Below are positions 9,414 through 18,236 of a stretch of DNA of 64,000 nucleotides, one piece after another. Position 1 is the stretch's first letter, and every line of letters begins with the position of its first letter. Under the pieces are notes generated by a model. The model saw only the letters and a list, made by a program, of their open reading frames with translations, was not told where the DNA came from and did no database searches. Source of the DNA: an uncultured delta proteobacterium (lineage in GTDB: Bacteria; Myxococcota_A; Polyangia; Fen-1088); NCBI GenBank assembly GCA_963796685.1, contig CAWCMR010000013.1, forward strand, positions 32,001-96,000, given 5' to 3'. Made by a program: the position numbers and the translations under genes.

Positions 9414-10760
9414 ATGCAAGAGCAGTCTGAAATCGCGCGCCGCCTTTCGCCACGAGCGCACGCGTTGACCCTGGAAATCGTGGCCGAGGCGCGCGCCGAG
9501 TGGGGCTTCGCCACGGACATTCTGGCCCGTGCCTTTCGCGAACGACGCGATCTGGCCAGCAGCGACCGGCGCATGGTGGCCGAAGCCGTCTATGGCCTTC
9601 TGCGCTGGGAGCGGCTGCTCGAGGCCATCGTCGAGGAAATGCTGTCGTCGTCGCGCGGGCGGCGCGAGGCGATCTCGGAAATGGCGCGGCAGGAGTTGAA
9701 GCTGCTGGTGTACGAGCTGCGCAACGGCATTCCGGCCGAGGCGGTCCAAGCCGACGTGCGCAGACTGGCGGGCCGCGAGTTGAACTTGGACAAGGCCACT
9801 GCCGAGAACGCCGGCCTGGCGGGCCGCGAAGGCGTGGATCGCGAGGCCATACGCGTGTCGTTCCCCACCTGGCTGTTTCAACGCTTCATCGATAGCCATG
9901 GTGAAACTGGGGCAACCACGCTGGCCACGGCGATGAACACGCGGGCGCCGATGTGCGTGCGCGCCAATACCGTGAAGGCAACGCGTGACGAGCTCGTCGT
10001 CCGCCTGGCCGAGGAAAGGATCGTGGCGCAGCCGACGCGGCTGTCCCCGGTCGGGCTTTGCCTCGAGACCCGCGTGAACGCCTTCGGCCTGACCGCGTTT
10101 CGCGAGGGCCTTTTCGAGGTCATGGACGAAGGAAGTCAGCTCGTGGCCGAGGCCGTGGCGCCGCCGCCGCGCAGCCGCGTGGTCGACGCCTGCGCAGGGG
10201 CAGGGGGCAAGACCTTGGCGCTGGCGGCTATGCTCGCCAACCAGGGCCGCATCCTGGCCCTCGACACCAGCGGCAAGAAGCTGGAAGAGCTGCGGCGGCG
10301 GGCACGGCGCGCCGGGATCTCCAACCTGGCCGCGCGCGAGGTCGGCGGCCCCGCGTTGCCGGCCGAGGCCAAGCTGGGCGCCTGGGATCGGGTGCTGGTC
10401 GACGCGCCCTGCTCGGGCCTGGGAACCCTGCGCAGAAACCCCGAGGCGCGCTGGCGGCTCACGCCCAAGGCCGTGGATGCCTATCCCGCGGATCAGCTTG
10501 CCCTGCTGATTGCCTACGCGCCCTTGGTGGCCGTCGGTGGTCGCTTGATCTATGCCACCTGCTCGGTGCTGCGCGAAGAGAACGACGCCGTGGTCGAGCG
10601 CTTTCTGCGCGAGCGATCGGATTTCGTGGTCATGCCCATCAAGGAGATCTGGGGCAAGGCGCGCGCAACGGAACTGGGCGACGAGACCTTCCTGCGCCTG
10701 CTCCCGCACGTGCACGACACCGACGGCTTCTTCGCCGCGGTCTTGCGACGCAAAGACTAA
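9414..10760 (+). CDS. RsmB/NOP2 family RNA m5C methyltransferase
   Basis: DACAGAGGKT, VLVDAPCSGLG, YATCS, TDGFF motifs. Confidence 0.9.
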   Translation: MQEQSEIARRLSPRAHALTLEIVAEARAEWGFATDILARAFRERRDLASSDRRMVAEAVYGLLRWERLLEAIVEEMLSSSRGRREAISEMARQELKLLVYELRNGIPAEAVQADVRRLAGRELNLDKATAENAGLAGREGVDREAIRVSFPTWLFQRFIDSHGETGATTLATAMNTRAPMCVRANTVKATRDELVVRLAEERIVAQPTRLSPVGLCLETRVNAFGLTAFREGLFEVMDEGSQLVAEAVAPPPRSRVVDACAGAGGKTLALAAMLANQGRILALDTSGKKLEELRRRARRAGISNLAAREVGGPALPAEAKLGAWDRVLVDAPCSGLGTLRRNPEARWRLTPKAVDAYPADQLALLIAYAPLVAVGGRLIYATCSVLREENDAVVERFLRERSDFVVMPIKEIWGKARATELGDETFLRLLPHVHDTDGFFAAVLRRKD

Positions 10761-10769
10761 GGCTGTGTC

Positions 10770-11303
10770 TCACTCGTCGCCGGAGGCGGCAAGGAGCTGG
10801 GTCAAGTTGCGGGTGGTGGTGAAGGTCCTGGGCTTCATGCGGTCGATGTAGAGGGTCCCGTCCAGGTGGTCGATCTCGTGCTGCAGAATGCGCGCGTACC
10901 AGCCGCTGGCTTCGATCTTCACGGGCGCTCCATGGTGATCGAGGGCGTCGACGGTCACCGCCTCGGCCCGGGGCACCAGGGCCTGGAAGCCATCGATGCT
11001 GAGGCAGCCCTCGTAGTGCTCGACGAGCCCCGGTCCGAGCGTGAGCTGCGGGTTGACGAGGACGTGAAAGGGGACCGGCGCGCGCTCCTTTTCAGGTACC
11101 TGGGCAATATCCTCGATGACCGCGAGTCGCAGCGGTAGGCCGACCTGCGGTGCGGCCAAGCCCACGCCGGGCGCCTCGCGCATGGTCTCGCGCATCCAGG
11201 CGATGAGTTGCTGGATCTCCACGCTCTTCACCTCGTCGGGGGTGAGCGGTTGCGTGCCACTGCGGAGCACGGGAGCGCCGACTTGGACGATCTTGAGAAG
11301 CAT
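10770..11303 (-). CDS. def: Peptide deformylase
   Basis: GVGLAAPQVG, EGCLS and QHEIDHL motifs. Confidence 0.95.
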   Translation of the reverse strand: MLLKIVQVGAPVLRSGTQPLTPDEVKSVEIQQLIAWMRETMREAPGVGLAAPQVGLPLRLAVIEDIAQVPEKERAPVPFHVLVNPQLTLGPGLVEHYEGCLSIDGFQALVPRAEAVTVDALDHHGAPVKIEASGWYARILQHEIDHLDGTLYIDRMKPRTFTTTRNLTQLLAASGDE

Positions 11304-11425
11304 AGACAAAGTATGCCCTTGACCGTCTCGGCGCGGAAATGGAATCACGGCCGTCGCCGCGTCGCAAGCGCTTGCTCCGATCCCCTCAGCGGGGCGGCGC
11401 GGTTCCGTCGTGTTACCATGATGGG

Positions 11426-12754
11426 ATGCAACCCTGCCGAGGTCCTCTGCGCGCCTTTCCGGTACGTGCTGGATTCGCCGAGATCGCGCAAGTCGTCGTC
11501 GTCGGCAGCCTGCTGTTGTTCGCGTCGCTCTCCGGGTGCTCCTCGACGGCGCGAGAGCCGGCCACGGCAGAGGACTCGGGAACCGCCGTCGGGATGAAGG
11601 ATGTGAGCGCGCCTGCCGAAGCGATCGATGGCCCCGCTGATCTGACCGGGCGATCCGACACGACCAGCGACGCCCTGGATCGCGCTGGACGCAGCGACAC
11701 GGGAAGCGATGGGCATGGCGACGACGGGACGACCGTGGACCTGGCACCTCTCTCCTGCCCTGCCAGCGCGACCGGCAATACGCCGCTCGGGACCGACGCG
11801 CCTCCTGCACACTGGAAAGTCACGGACGCGCTCACCTTCCTCGGCGTCGGGGGGACGGGAAGCTACGACCGCGTCGTCGACATGGCTCCTGGAAACTGGC
11901 CGCCTCCGTGCAGCGACGCCAACGCCTGCGTCAAGGCGAGCAAGTCCGTGTCCGGGCCCTTGGTTCCCTTCGACGAGGAGATGACCATGGTCTTCTCGGG
12001 TCCCATCGAGCTCTACGACATCGCTGTCTACGCGCCTGACGGCAGCGGGTACGCGCGCGTCTCGTATTGGAATCGCTGCGCGTCCGACAACCTGGTCTTC
12101 ATGAACAACCTCGGTGGCGGCAGTGTCAGCGGGGGGTGGACGGTGTGCGGCGGCAACAGCCAGTCCTACGCCTCGGCGGACGGCACCGCGGCCGCGCCAT
12201 CACCAACCCAGTTTGCCGGCTCGCTGGCCGACGGCATCGGCGTCAATGTGATGAGCGCCAGCCTGTGCCAGGGCACCGGCGACGGCAGCGAGTGCGGCTT
12301 CTACCGAGATGTGGGCTTACATGGATTCAAGGGCTCCGCCGACGGCAGCAAGCTCTTCGCGGTCAAGATGCGCATGCCGGTCGGCACGGTTACGCCGGCT
12401 TATTGGATCCTGCCGGCCCAGGTGGTGCGAACGGCCCAGTACGGGTGCAACTGCCGTGGCATGGGCGGTGCCGGTGGCTGCGGCGAGCTCGATGTCGCCG
12501 AGGTGCTTTCGTCCGACGACCCCATGGCGGCCACGTCGACCATCTATTCGTTCAAGTCGGTGCGCAACGGGAACGGCTCCACGTTCCAGCGCCCGGCCCT
12601 TGCCAGTGCCACCTTCGTCGTGATCTTCGACGGCGTGGTCGGCAGCATTTCGCTGCGGCGGCTGGACGCGAGCGCCTTCGACTTTGGCCCGGCAATCGCC
12701 GCCTCGGTCGTGGCGGCATGGCAGGCAAATCAGGGCGTTGCTTCGCAGATGTGA
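11426..12754 (+). CDS. Lipoprotein with TOS1/PGA52-like (DUF2403 + DUF2401) putative glucanase domains
   Basis: Lipobox LSGC; SGPLVPFDEE..F.GP..L..IAVY, NLVFMNNLGG, SQSYAS, PAYWILPAQVVRTAQYGCNC and GCGELDVAEVL (GH16-like ExDxxE) match the pattern of the yeast Tos1 family. Confidence 0.75.
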   Translation: MQPCRGPLRAFPVRAGFAEIAQVVVVGSLLLFASLSGCSSTAREPATAEDSGTAVGMKDVSAPAEAIDGPADLTGRSDTTSDALDRAGRSDTGSDGHGDDGTTVDLAPLSCPASATGNTPLGTDAPPAHWKVTDALTFLGVGGTGSYDRVVDMAPGNWPPPCSDANACVKASKSVSGPLVPFDEEMTMVFSGPIELYDIAVYAPDGSGYARVSYWNRCASDNLVFMNNLGGGSVSGGWTVCGGNSQSYASADGTAAAPSPTQFAGSLADGIGVNVMSASLCQGTGDGSECGFYRDVGLHGFKGSADGSKLFAVKMRMPVGTVTPAYWILPAQVVRTAQYGCNCRGMGGAGGCGELDVAEVLSSDDPMAATSTIYSFKSVRNGNGSTFQRPALASATFVVIFDGVVGSISLRRLDASAFDFGPAIAASVVAAWQANQGVASQM

Positions 12755-12765
12755 GGAGGCCGTTC

Positions 12766-13941
12766 ATGATGAAAGTCCACGCGCGAGGGCTGTTCCGGGT
12801 GCTGCTCGGGCTCGCCACGGCATGCGGTTCGGGCGGCGGCAAGAGCAGCGCCGTGCATGACGGCGCCATGTCTGGCGATCTCGGCCCCGACCTCTTGCAA
12901 AGCTCCGGCGGTTCGCCAGGTACCGGCGGCGAAGCGGGTTCTGGTGGCGGGCCAGGCACCGGCGGCAAGCTCGGCACGGGCGGCGTGGTGGGCAGCGGCG
13001 GCGGAGCCGGCGCCACCGCCGGCGCGGGCGGGACCGCGCCGCCGCCGGGATTCTGGGACGCAGGCTCGATACCGACCGCCAAGAACGTGATGATGTTCGT
13101 CTTTCTCAACCGCACCAACGGCAAGTACGCCGACAGCGAGGTCTACTGGAGCTTCAAGAGCGGTTCGATTTCCGAGCTCCATTCCATTGCCGAGCAGGCG
13201 AGCTACGACATGCCCGCCAATTCCTCGGGTCGGATGTACTTCTACTTGTGCGCCAAGAGCGATGCGACCTGCGCCAGCGACCCGAGCAAGAGCCAGTACT
13301 TCGACTTCATCGAGCACACCATCGGCCCGACCCAATACAACGGCAACACCACGCGGGTCGATGCCTTCGGCATCAAGATCGCCATGCGCCTGCATTGCGC
13401 CGACGGGTTCGACGACGCCGTCGGCGAAGACTACGCAACCTTCTCGGAAGATCGCGCGGCGACCTTCCAGCGTTTCATCGACGCCGTTCCCGATGCGTTC
13501 AAGCCGCTCGCGCAAGCCCCCCACGCTCCCTATCGCATCGTCGAACCCGGCGCGGACGGATTCAAGACCGGCGGTGCGTATGCCAATTACTACGATTCCT
13601 TCGTCGATTCCTTGTGGGCGGCCAACGGCCTGACGGTCGCCAAACCCGGCCCGAACGGCAGCGGGCTGGGATCGTATCCGGATCTTTCGGCCGCCATCTT
13701 CCGCCACGTCGGCAACCTCGCCGGAACCTTCGACCCGAGCGGCAAGCTGCTCGACAAGACGCTCTGGAAGGACAGCTCGACCTTCTATCAAACCGCCCCC
13801 GCCGACTACTACGCCAGGTTCTGGCACGACAATGCCCTCGGAGGGCGCGCGTATGGCTTCTCCTACGACGATGTCGGCAGTTATTCGAGCTACATGTCGC
13901 ACGCCAACCCGCAATACATGCTGGTTGCGATCGGCTGGTAG
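12766..13941 (+). CDS. Lipoprotein beta-1,3-glucanase, GH64
   Basis: Lipobox ATAC; Gly linker; FDFIEHT, GNTTRVDAFG, FYQ.AP.DYYARFWH, AYGFSYDDV; GAGGAGG RBS. Confidence 0.88.
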   Translation: MMKVHARGLFRVLLGLATACGSGGGKSSAVHDGAMSGDLGPDLLQSSGGSPGTGGEAGSGGGPGTGGKLGTGGVVGSGGGAGATAGAGGTAPPPGFWDAGSIPTAKNVMMFVFLNRTNGKYADSEVYWSFKSGSISELHSIAEQASYDMPANSSGRMYFYLCAKSDATCASDPSKSQYFDFIEHTIGPTQYNGNTTRVDAFGIKIAMRLHCADGFDDAVGEDYATFSEDRAATFQRFIDAVPDAFKPLAQAPHAPYRIVEPGADGFKTGGAYANYYDSFVDSLWAANGLTVAKPGPNGSGLGSYPDLSAAIFRHVGNLAGTFDPSGKLLDKTLWKDSSTFYQTAPADYYARFWHDNALGGRAYGFSYDDVGSYSSYMSHANPQYMLVAIGW

Positions 13942-13952
13942 ATCGCCGCGCC

Positions 13953-13967
13953 TGGCACGCTCCCTGC
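13953..13967 (+). promoter_or_regulatory. Sigma-54 -24/-12 promoter
   Basis: TGGCACGCTCCCTGC (GG-N10-GC) upstream of the ORF at 13981. Confidence 0.55.
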
Positions 13968-13980
13968 AAAAGCGGGAGAC

Positions 13981-14265
13981 ATGAGGTCGATCGGCTGCTG
14001 GCCCGTGTTCACCAACCGCAAGATTCGCTTGGCCGTGGGCCATCTTTTCGTATTTCTCGTCGCGGTGTGCGCAAGCGGCGCGGTGGCGGGTGATGACTTT
14101 TCGACACCGGCTGCCACCGAGGCCGATCCGTCTCCCCCCAATGGCTATCTCTCGCTCGGCGTGGGCGACACGTCCATCCGGCCCACGGCGACCGCCAGTC
14201 TCTCGGCGGACTGGGCGCACGTGCTCTTGGGCGTGCGCGCGAGCAGGACCACCTCCTTCTCCCTC
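13981..14265 (+). pseudogene. 5' fragment of a secreted protein gene, truncated at the cassette-array junction
   Basis: Signal-peptide-like segment (LFVFLVAVCASGAVA) and beta-strand-like sequence that runs abruptly into TA-derived DNA. Confidence 0.45.
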
Positions 14266-14317
14266 GATGCCCTTCGAGACGCTGGTTCGGGACCTGAAGC
14301 GTCGTGGCAAGCTGTAG
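14260..14317 (+). pseudogene. C-terminal remnant of a RelB/CopG-type antitoxin
   Basis: PSMPFETLVRDLKRRGKL* overlaps the relE start, like antitoxin C-termini; N-terminal part absent. Confidence 0.55.
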
Positions 14318-14561
14318 GATCGAAGTCAAGAGGTCCGCCGCCAAGGAGGTCGCCGGGCTCCCGAAGGCGGACTGCCAACGCGTCGTCGCAAAGCTCCAGG
14401 CTCTTGCGGACGAGCCGCGGCCGCATGGCTGCGAGAAGCTGACCGGCGACGAGAAATGCCGCGTACGACAGGGTAACTACCGGATCCTCTACGAAATCGA
14501 CGACGATGCCAGAACGATCACCATCGTGAAGGTCGGGAACCGCAAAGAGGTCTATCGCTGA
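14304..14561 (+). CDS. RelE/ParE family type II toxin
   Basis: SAAKE, PRPHGCEKL, RVRQGNYRILYEI, VGNRKEVYR. Confidence 0.88.
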   Translation: MASCRIEVKRSAAKEVAGLPKADCQRVVAKLQALADEPRPHGCEKLTGDEKCRVRQGNYRILYEIDDDARTITIVKVGNRKEVYR

Positions 14562-14573
14562 CGGAGCGGGTCT

Positions 14574-14677
14574 GCCCAACGGCTTGCCGTTAAGCTGCAG
14601 CCCGCCGCCGAGTCGGCCTGTCGATTCTACACCGATCTTCCGGCGGTGGGATTGACAGCTGCAACGGGATGTTAGGC
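14574..14677 (-). mobile_element. Integron attC site 1 (104 bp)
   Basis: Minus strand GCCTAAC..TTGCAGC..GCTTAAC..GTTGGGC; the upstream gene stop TAA lies within R''. Confidence 0.85.
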
Positions 14678-15046
14678 GCCACCTGAAAGGACGTGCTTCT
14701 TGAGTCCGTTGAGTTCCTCGATGATCCGAGAGACCTTCTGGGGAACCTGCCACTCCATGCCGAATCGTTGGAGTTCCGCTCTTAGGTATCGAACGTCAAC
14801 CGCGTCACCAAGTCTCTCCACCGCGCGGATCGCCGCCTCGAAAAGGGCTGGATGCTCGGCGAGTACTTCTGGTTCGACTCCAATCCAAACGCCCGGTCCC
14901 TGCCATTCCCATTGCCGTATGCTTTGGGCCAGTGCCCGTAGCCCCAGATCCATCGCACCCAGGATTAGAAAGTGCCTCACGAGTTCGACATCCCCATCTC
15001 GCATCGCGAGAACAGACGATCCGTTCGTGAAAAGATGATGTCCCAT
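14672..15046 (-). CDS. Hypothetical gene-cassette protein (124 aa)
   Basis: ORF exactly fills the space between two attC sites; lower GC. Confidence 0.7.
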   Translation of the reverse strand: MGHHLFTNGSSVLAMRDGDVELVRHFLILGAMDLGLRALAQSIRQWEWQGPGVWIGVEPEVLAEHPALFEAAIRAVERLGDAVDVRYLRAELQRFGMEWQVPQKVSRIIEELNGLKKHVLSGGA

Positions 15047-15052
15047 GTGAGC

Positions 15053-15123
15053 GCCTAACGGCTTGCCGTTAAGCGGTGGGCGGCCTTCTGCGGCCGACCA
15101 TCCGCTTCAAAGGCTTGTTAGCC
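15053..15123 (-). mobile_element. Integron attC site 2 (71 bp)
   Basis: Minus strand GGCTAAC..TTGAAGCGG..CCGCTTAAC..GTTAGGC with a central GC hairpin. Confidence 0.88.
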
Positions 15124-15446
15124 GCCGACAAACCCGGGTGCACGCCCGTGACAATGATCTTCTTGTCGCCAAAGGCCGCGACAATTTCTAGCCGTCCTCC
15201 GATGGCAGAAAGATATCGCTGCAGAGTGGAAATCTGGCAATCGTCGAAACGTTCCCGACCCTCAAGCCGGGAGACGTCGGCCTGGTCCATCTGAGCGACG
15301 TCGGTAACATCAACCTGCGTCTTTCCCGCTGCTTCGCGGAGAGTTCGCAGTGTCAGATGAACCCCCCGTTGGGCGCGCAAGCCTCGACCGAGAACCCGTA
15401 TAGGGTCCTCATCCAGCTCAATCTTCCGCTTGGTTGCGTGGCTCAT
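15069..15446 (-). CDS. XRE/HTH antitoxin-like regulator
   Basis: LRTLREAAGKTQVDV..QADVSRLE..ISTLQRYLSAIGGRLEI; overlaps the upstream toxin stop; reads into attC2. Confidence 0.8.
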   Translation of the reverse strand: MSHATKRKIELDEDPIRVLGRGLRAQRGVHLTLRTLREAAGKTQVDVTDVAQMDQADVSRLEGRERFDDCQISTLQRYLSAIGGRLEIVAAFGDKKIIVTGVHPGLSAANKPLKRMVGRRRPPTA

Positions 15447-15732
15447 GTCTCTCCTCCAGTTTCATAAACTTCTCGTTCGCCTCCGGTCGTCGGACGGGCA
15501 CTGATGATCCGGTCACGTGCCCCGCGTTCGACGTGAACGACGTACAGCAAGCGTTCGCGTAGCGATGTCCCGATGACCACCAGCCGGCCGATTCCTGACC
15601 CATCATCAAGATAGACCGCGTACGGATCGGCAAAACCGTCGCGGCTTCGGGGAACGACACGCCGTGCTTCGCAAGATTCGACGCAGCCTTGGCCGAGTCC
15701 CATTCAAAGTCGCCATCGAACACCGTTGGCAT
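15443..15732 (-). pseudogene. BrnT-like toxin with a one-base frameshift
   Basis: FEWDSAKAASNLAKHGVSFPEAATV in one frame and FADPYA..RIISAR in another; one T missing from the T run at 15632-15635 (could be a sequencing error). Confidence 0.75.
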
Positions 15733-15794
15733 CGCATTCACAAGTATGGGATACAACCCATAGTGAGTCAAGCAACTTGCAGGATCGTTCGCGC

Positions 15795-15865
15795 GGCGAA
15801 CGCTTTGCCGTTCAGCTGCGGGCGGCCGTCCGCGGCCGACTGACAGCTGCAACGGCATGTTATCC
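15795..15865 (-). mobile_element. Integron attC site 3 (71 bp)
   Basis: Minus strand GGATAAC..TTGCAGCTG..CAGCTGAAC..GTTCGCC; the ABM gene stop lies in R''. Confidence 0.85.
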
Positions 15866-16177
15866 GGCAACCCTCCCCATTCCTGACGTGCTGTCGGATT
15901 GGTAGGAGACGAGCTTGGGTGGTCCCGCGAAGAATTCCCGGACAAGGGACACAACCTCAAGAGCCGAGCCACCTGATTCATACGCCTCAGCGGCAGCGCG
16001 CGTTTCCCAAATGGTCACAGCCATGAACGGGTCGCCGTCAACCTCGGGAACCAACAAAAGACACGCTACGTTTCCAGGGCAGGCTCGCACCTTGGGAACG
16101 GCCAACTCGTTGTATGTCTTCTTCAGGCGATCGACTCCGCCCGGCTTGACTGCAAACGAACCCACTCTGATCCACAT
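15860..16177 (-). CDS. Antibiotic biosynthesis monooxygenase (ABM)-like protein, gene cassette
   Basis: VKPG, ACPG, VTIWETRAAAEAYE dimeric alpha/beta-barrel pattern. Confidence 0.75.
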   Translation of the reverse strand: MWIRVGSFAVKPGGVDRLKKTYNELAVPKVRACPGNVACLLLVPEVDGDPFMAVTIWETRAAAEAYESGGSALEVVSLVREFFAGPPKLVSYQSDSTSGMGRVAG

Positions 16178-16358
16178 GAGACTGCTCCCTTCCCTCTGGC
16201 AGTTTGTACCTGTTGTCCGGACAAAACTACCGAATTCCCTCGATTTCGCGTGGTTGGCGGTCGCGCTGGGCGCCTTGGGGCCTCGTGGCTGCTTCGTAAG
16301 CAGGATTCCGTCCGCGCGCGGGCGCTGCGTTTTAGCGACCGAGAGGGCCTTCGACTAT

Positions 16359-18236
16359 CTACGCCGGTCGATCGGGCGCCGCGGGGATGGTGAACCAGAA
16401 GGTGGCGCCGTGGCCGGGCTCGCTGTGCACGCCGATGCGGCCGCCGTGGGCTTGCACGATTCCGCGCGCGATGAAGAGACCGAGGCCGGCGCCGCCGGCG
16501 GGGCGGCCGGGGACGTGGAAGAACTTTTCGAAGAGGGCGTCCTGGTGCTCGACGGGAATGCCGGGGCCTTGGTCGGAAACTTCAAAGCGGAGCTGGCTCT
16601 CGCTGTTGGCGGGTTCGGGGACGGGGCCTTCCGGGGCGGCCTCGGCCAGGGCGCGCACCACGATTTCGCTACCGGCCGGCGCGTAGCGAAGGGCATTGCT
16701 GATGAGATTGGTGAAGACCAGTTGCAGGCGATCCGGATCGGCGAAGGCCTCGGCCAGGCCGGGAAGGACCTCGGAACGCAGGGTGATCTGCTGCCCCTTT
16801 GCCGCTAGGCTGTGAACGTCGATGGCCAGATCCACGAGGGACTGCGGTTCGACCCGGCGCTTGTGCAGGTCGATGCCGCCCGACTCCAGACGCGAGAGGT
16901 TGAGCAAGTCGTCGACGATGGTCTGCAATCGCTCGCAATCGTCGCGCGCCGCGAACAGCAAGTCCGCTTGTTTGGCGGTCAGCGGTCCGACCGCTTCTTC
17001 CGTACAAAGATGAATGGCCATGCGCAACGAGGTGAGGGGGGTGCGGAACTCATGGGCCACGGTGGCCACCAGGTTGTTCTTCAGCTCGTCGAAGCGGAAG
17101 AGTCGGGTGATGTCCTGGAGCACGACGGAAGTACCGGCGACGCTGCCGTTCTCGGCGTAGATGGGCGTTGCGCGTGGCAGGTAGATCCGCTCGTTGTCCG
17201 GGGCCGGGACACGCAAGGCCTCTTCGAAGCCCTTGGGGTTGTAAGCGCCGCGCCCGCCCAGGACATGGGCGCGCAGTCGGTCGAGCAACGATCGCACGCC
17301 GGGATCGACATTCTCGAACGAAGAGCTCCCGCGTTCCTCGGGATCGATGCTCAGGACGGTGCGGGCGGCCTCGTTCGTGCCTTGCACGTTGCCGGCCGCG
17401 TCCAGCATCAGCACCGGGTCGGGCAGGCTGTCGATGGCGGCCTGGGACGCCTGCTGCGCCTGCAGCAGCTCGCCGAGAGAGCTTCTGCGGTAGCGCTCGA
17501 GGTGATCGGCCATGGTGTTGAACTCCTGAGCGAGCTGGGCGATGTCGTCCTCGCCCTGCACGCGGGCGCGCGCTTGCAGGTCGCCCTGGCCGAAGCGCCG
17601 TACGGCCGCCGACACGACGCCGAGCGGCCGTAGAAGGCGGGCGGTCAGGCTGACCGAGGCCAGGAGGCCCAGGATCGAGGCCAGAAGCACCGCCATGGTG
17701 AGAATTCGTTCGAAGCGGGCCGCGCGCTGTTCGGTGCGCTGGCCTTTGCGAACCACGGCATCTTGATTGATGTTCAGAATCTCGTCGGCCGCCTGTTTGA
17801 CCTTGGCAAACGCCGGATCGAGGGAAGCGAAGCAGAGCGCGCGTTTGACGTCCGGGTCGGGTGCGGCGTGAAACTGAACCAGCGCACGCTTGAAGTCGTT
17901 CCAACGCTCTTGCAGTTTGGCAACGGCATCGGTTTCCCCTGGCTCGGTGATGTTCTGCGCCTCGACGGTGAGCTCGCGCTCGAACATCTCCAGGTCGCCC
18001 GGTTGCGGGCGCGGCGCTCGGGGTTCCCCCAAGAGCTCGTGGATGGCGGAGTCGTGGATGCGCTCGACGCTCTCCTTCATGCGCTGGGCTGCTAGCACGC
18101 TGCGGTAGTTGTCCTTCCAAATGTGCCCGGGTTGCCGGGCCAGCAAGGAGGCCACCATGCCCGAGACCACGCCCACCGAGGCCAGGGCCACGAGCAGCGG
18201 GGCCATGGTCAGCATGAGCTTACTTCGAAAGGTCAT
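16359..18236 (-). CDS. HAMP-PAS sensor histidine kinase (kinase half of split KdpD)
   Basis: Two TM helices, ENYRS-type periplasmic 4-helix region, HAMP, AHEFRTPL, NLISNA, DQGPG, GLGL. Confidence 0.9.
   Translation of the reverse strand: MTFRSKLMLTMAPLLVALASVGVVSGMVASLLARQPGHIWKDNYRSVLAAQRMKESVERIHDSAIHELLGEPRAPRPQPGDLEMFERELTVEAQNITEPGETDAVAKLQERWNDFKRALVQFHAAPDPDVKRALCFASLDPAFAKVKQAADEILNINQDAVVRKGQRTEQRAARFERILTMAVLLASILGLLASVSLTARLLRPLGVVSAAVRRFGQGDLQARARVQGEDDIAQLAQEFNTMADHLERYRRSSLGELLQAQQASQAAIDSLPDPVLMLDAAGNVQGTNEAARTVLSIDPEERGSSSFENVDPGVRSLLDRLRAHVLGGRGAYNPKGFEEALRVPAPDNERIYLPRATPIYAENGSVAGTSVVLQDITRLFRFDELKNNLVATVAHEFRTPLTSLRMAIHLCTEEAVGPLTAKQADLLFAARDDCERLQTIVDDLLNLSRLESGGIDLHKRRVEPQSLVDLAIDVHSLAAKGQQITLRSEVLPGLAEAFADPDRLQLVFTNLISNALRYAPAGSEIVVRALAEAAPEGPVPEPANSESQLRFEVSDQGPGIPVEHQDALFEKFFHVPGRPAGGAGLGLFIARGIVQAHGGRIGVHSEPGHGATFWFTIPAAPDRPA

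Noticed and set aside
14574-15865. Complete integron
   Set aside because: No tyrosine recombinase gene in the window; reported as an integrase-less array only
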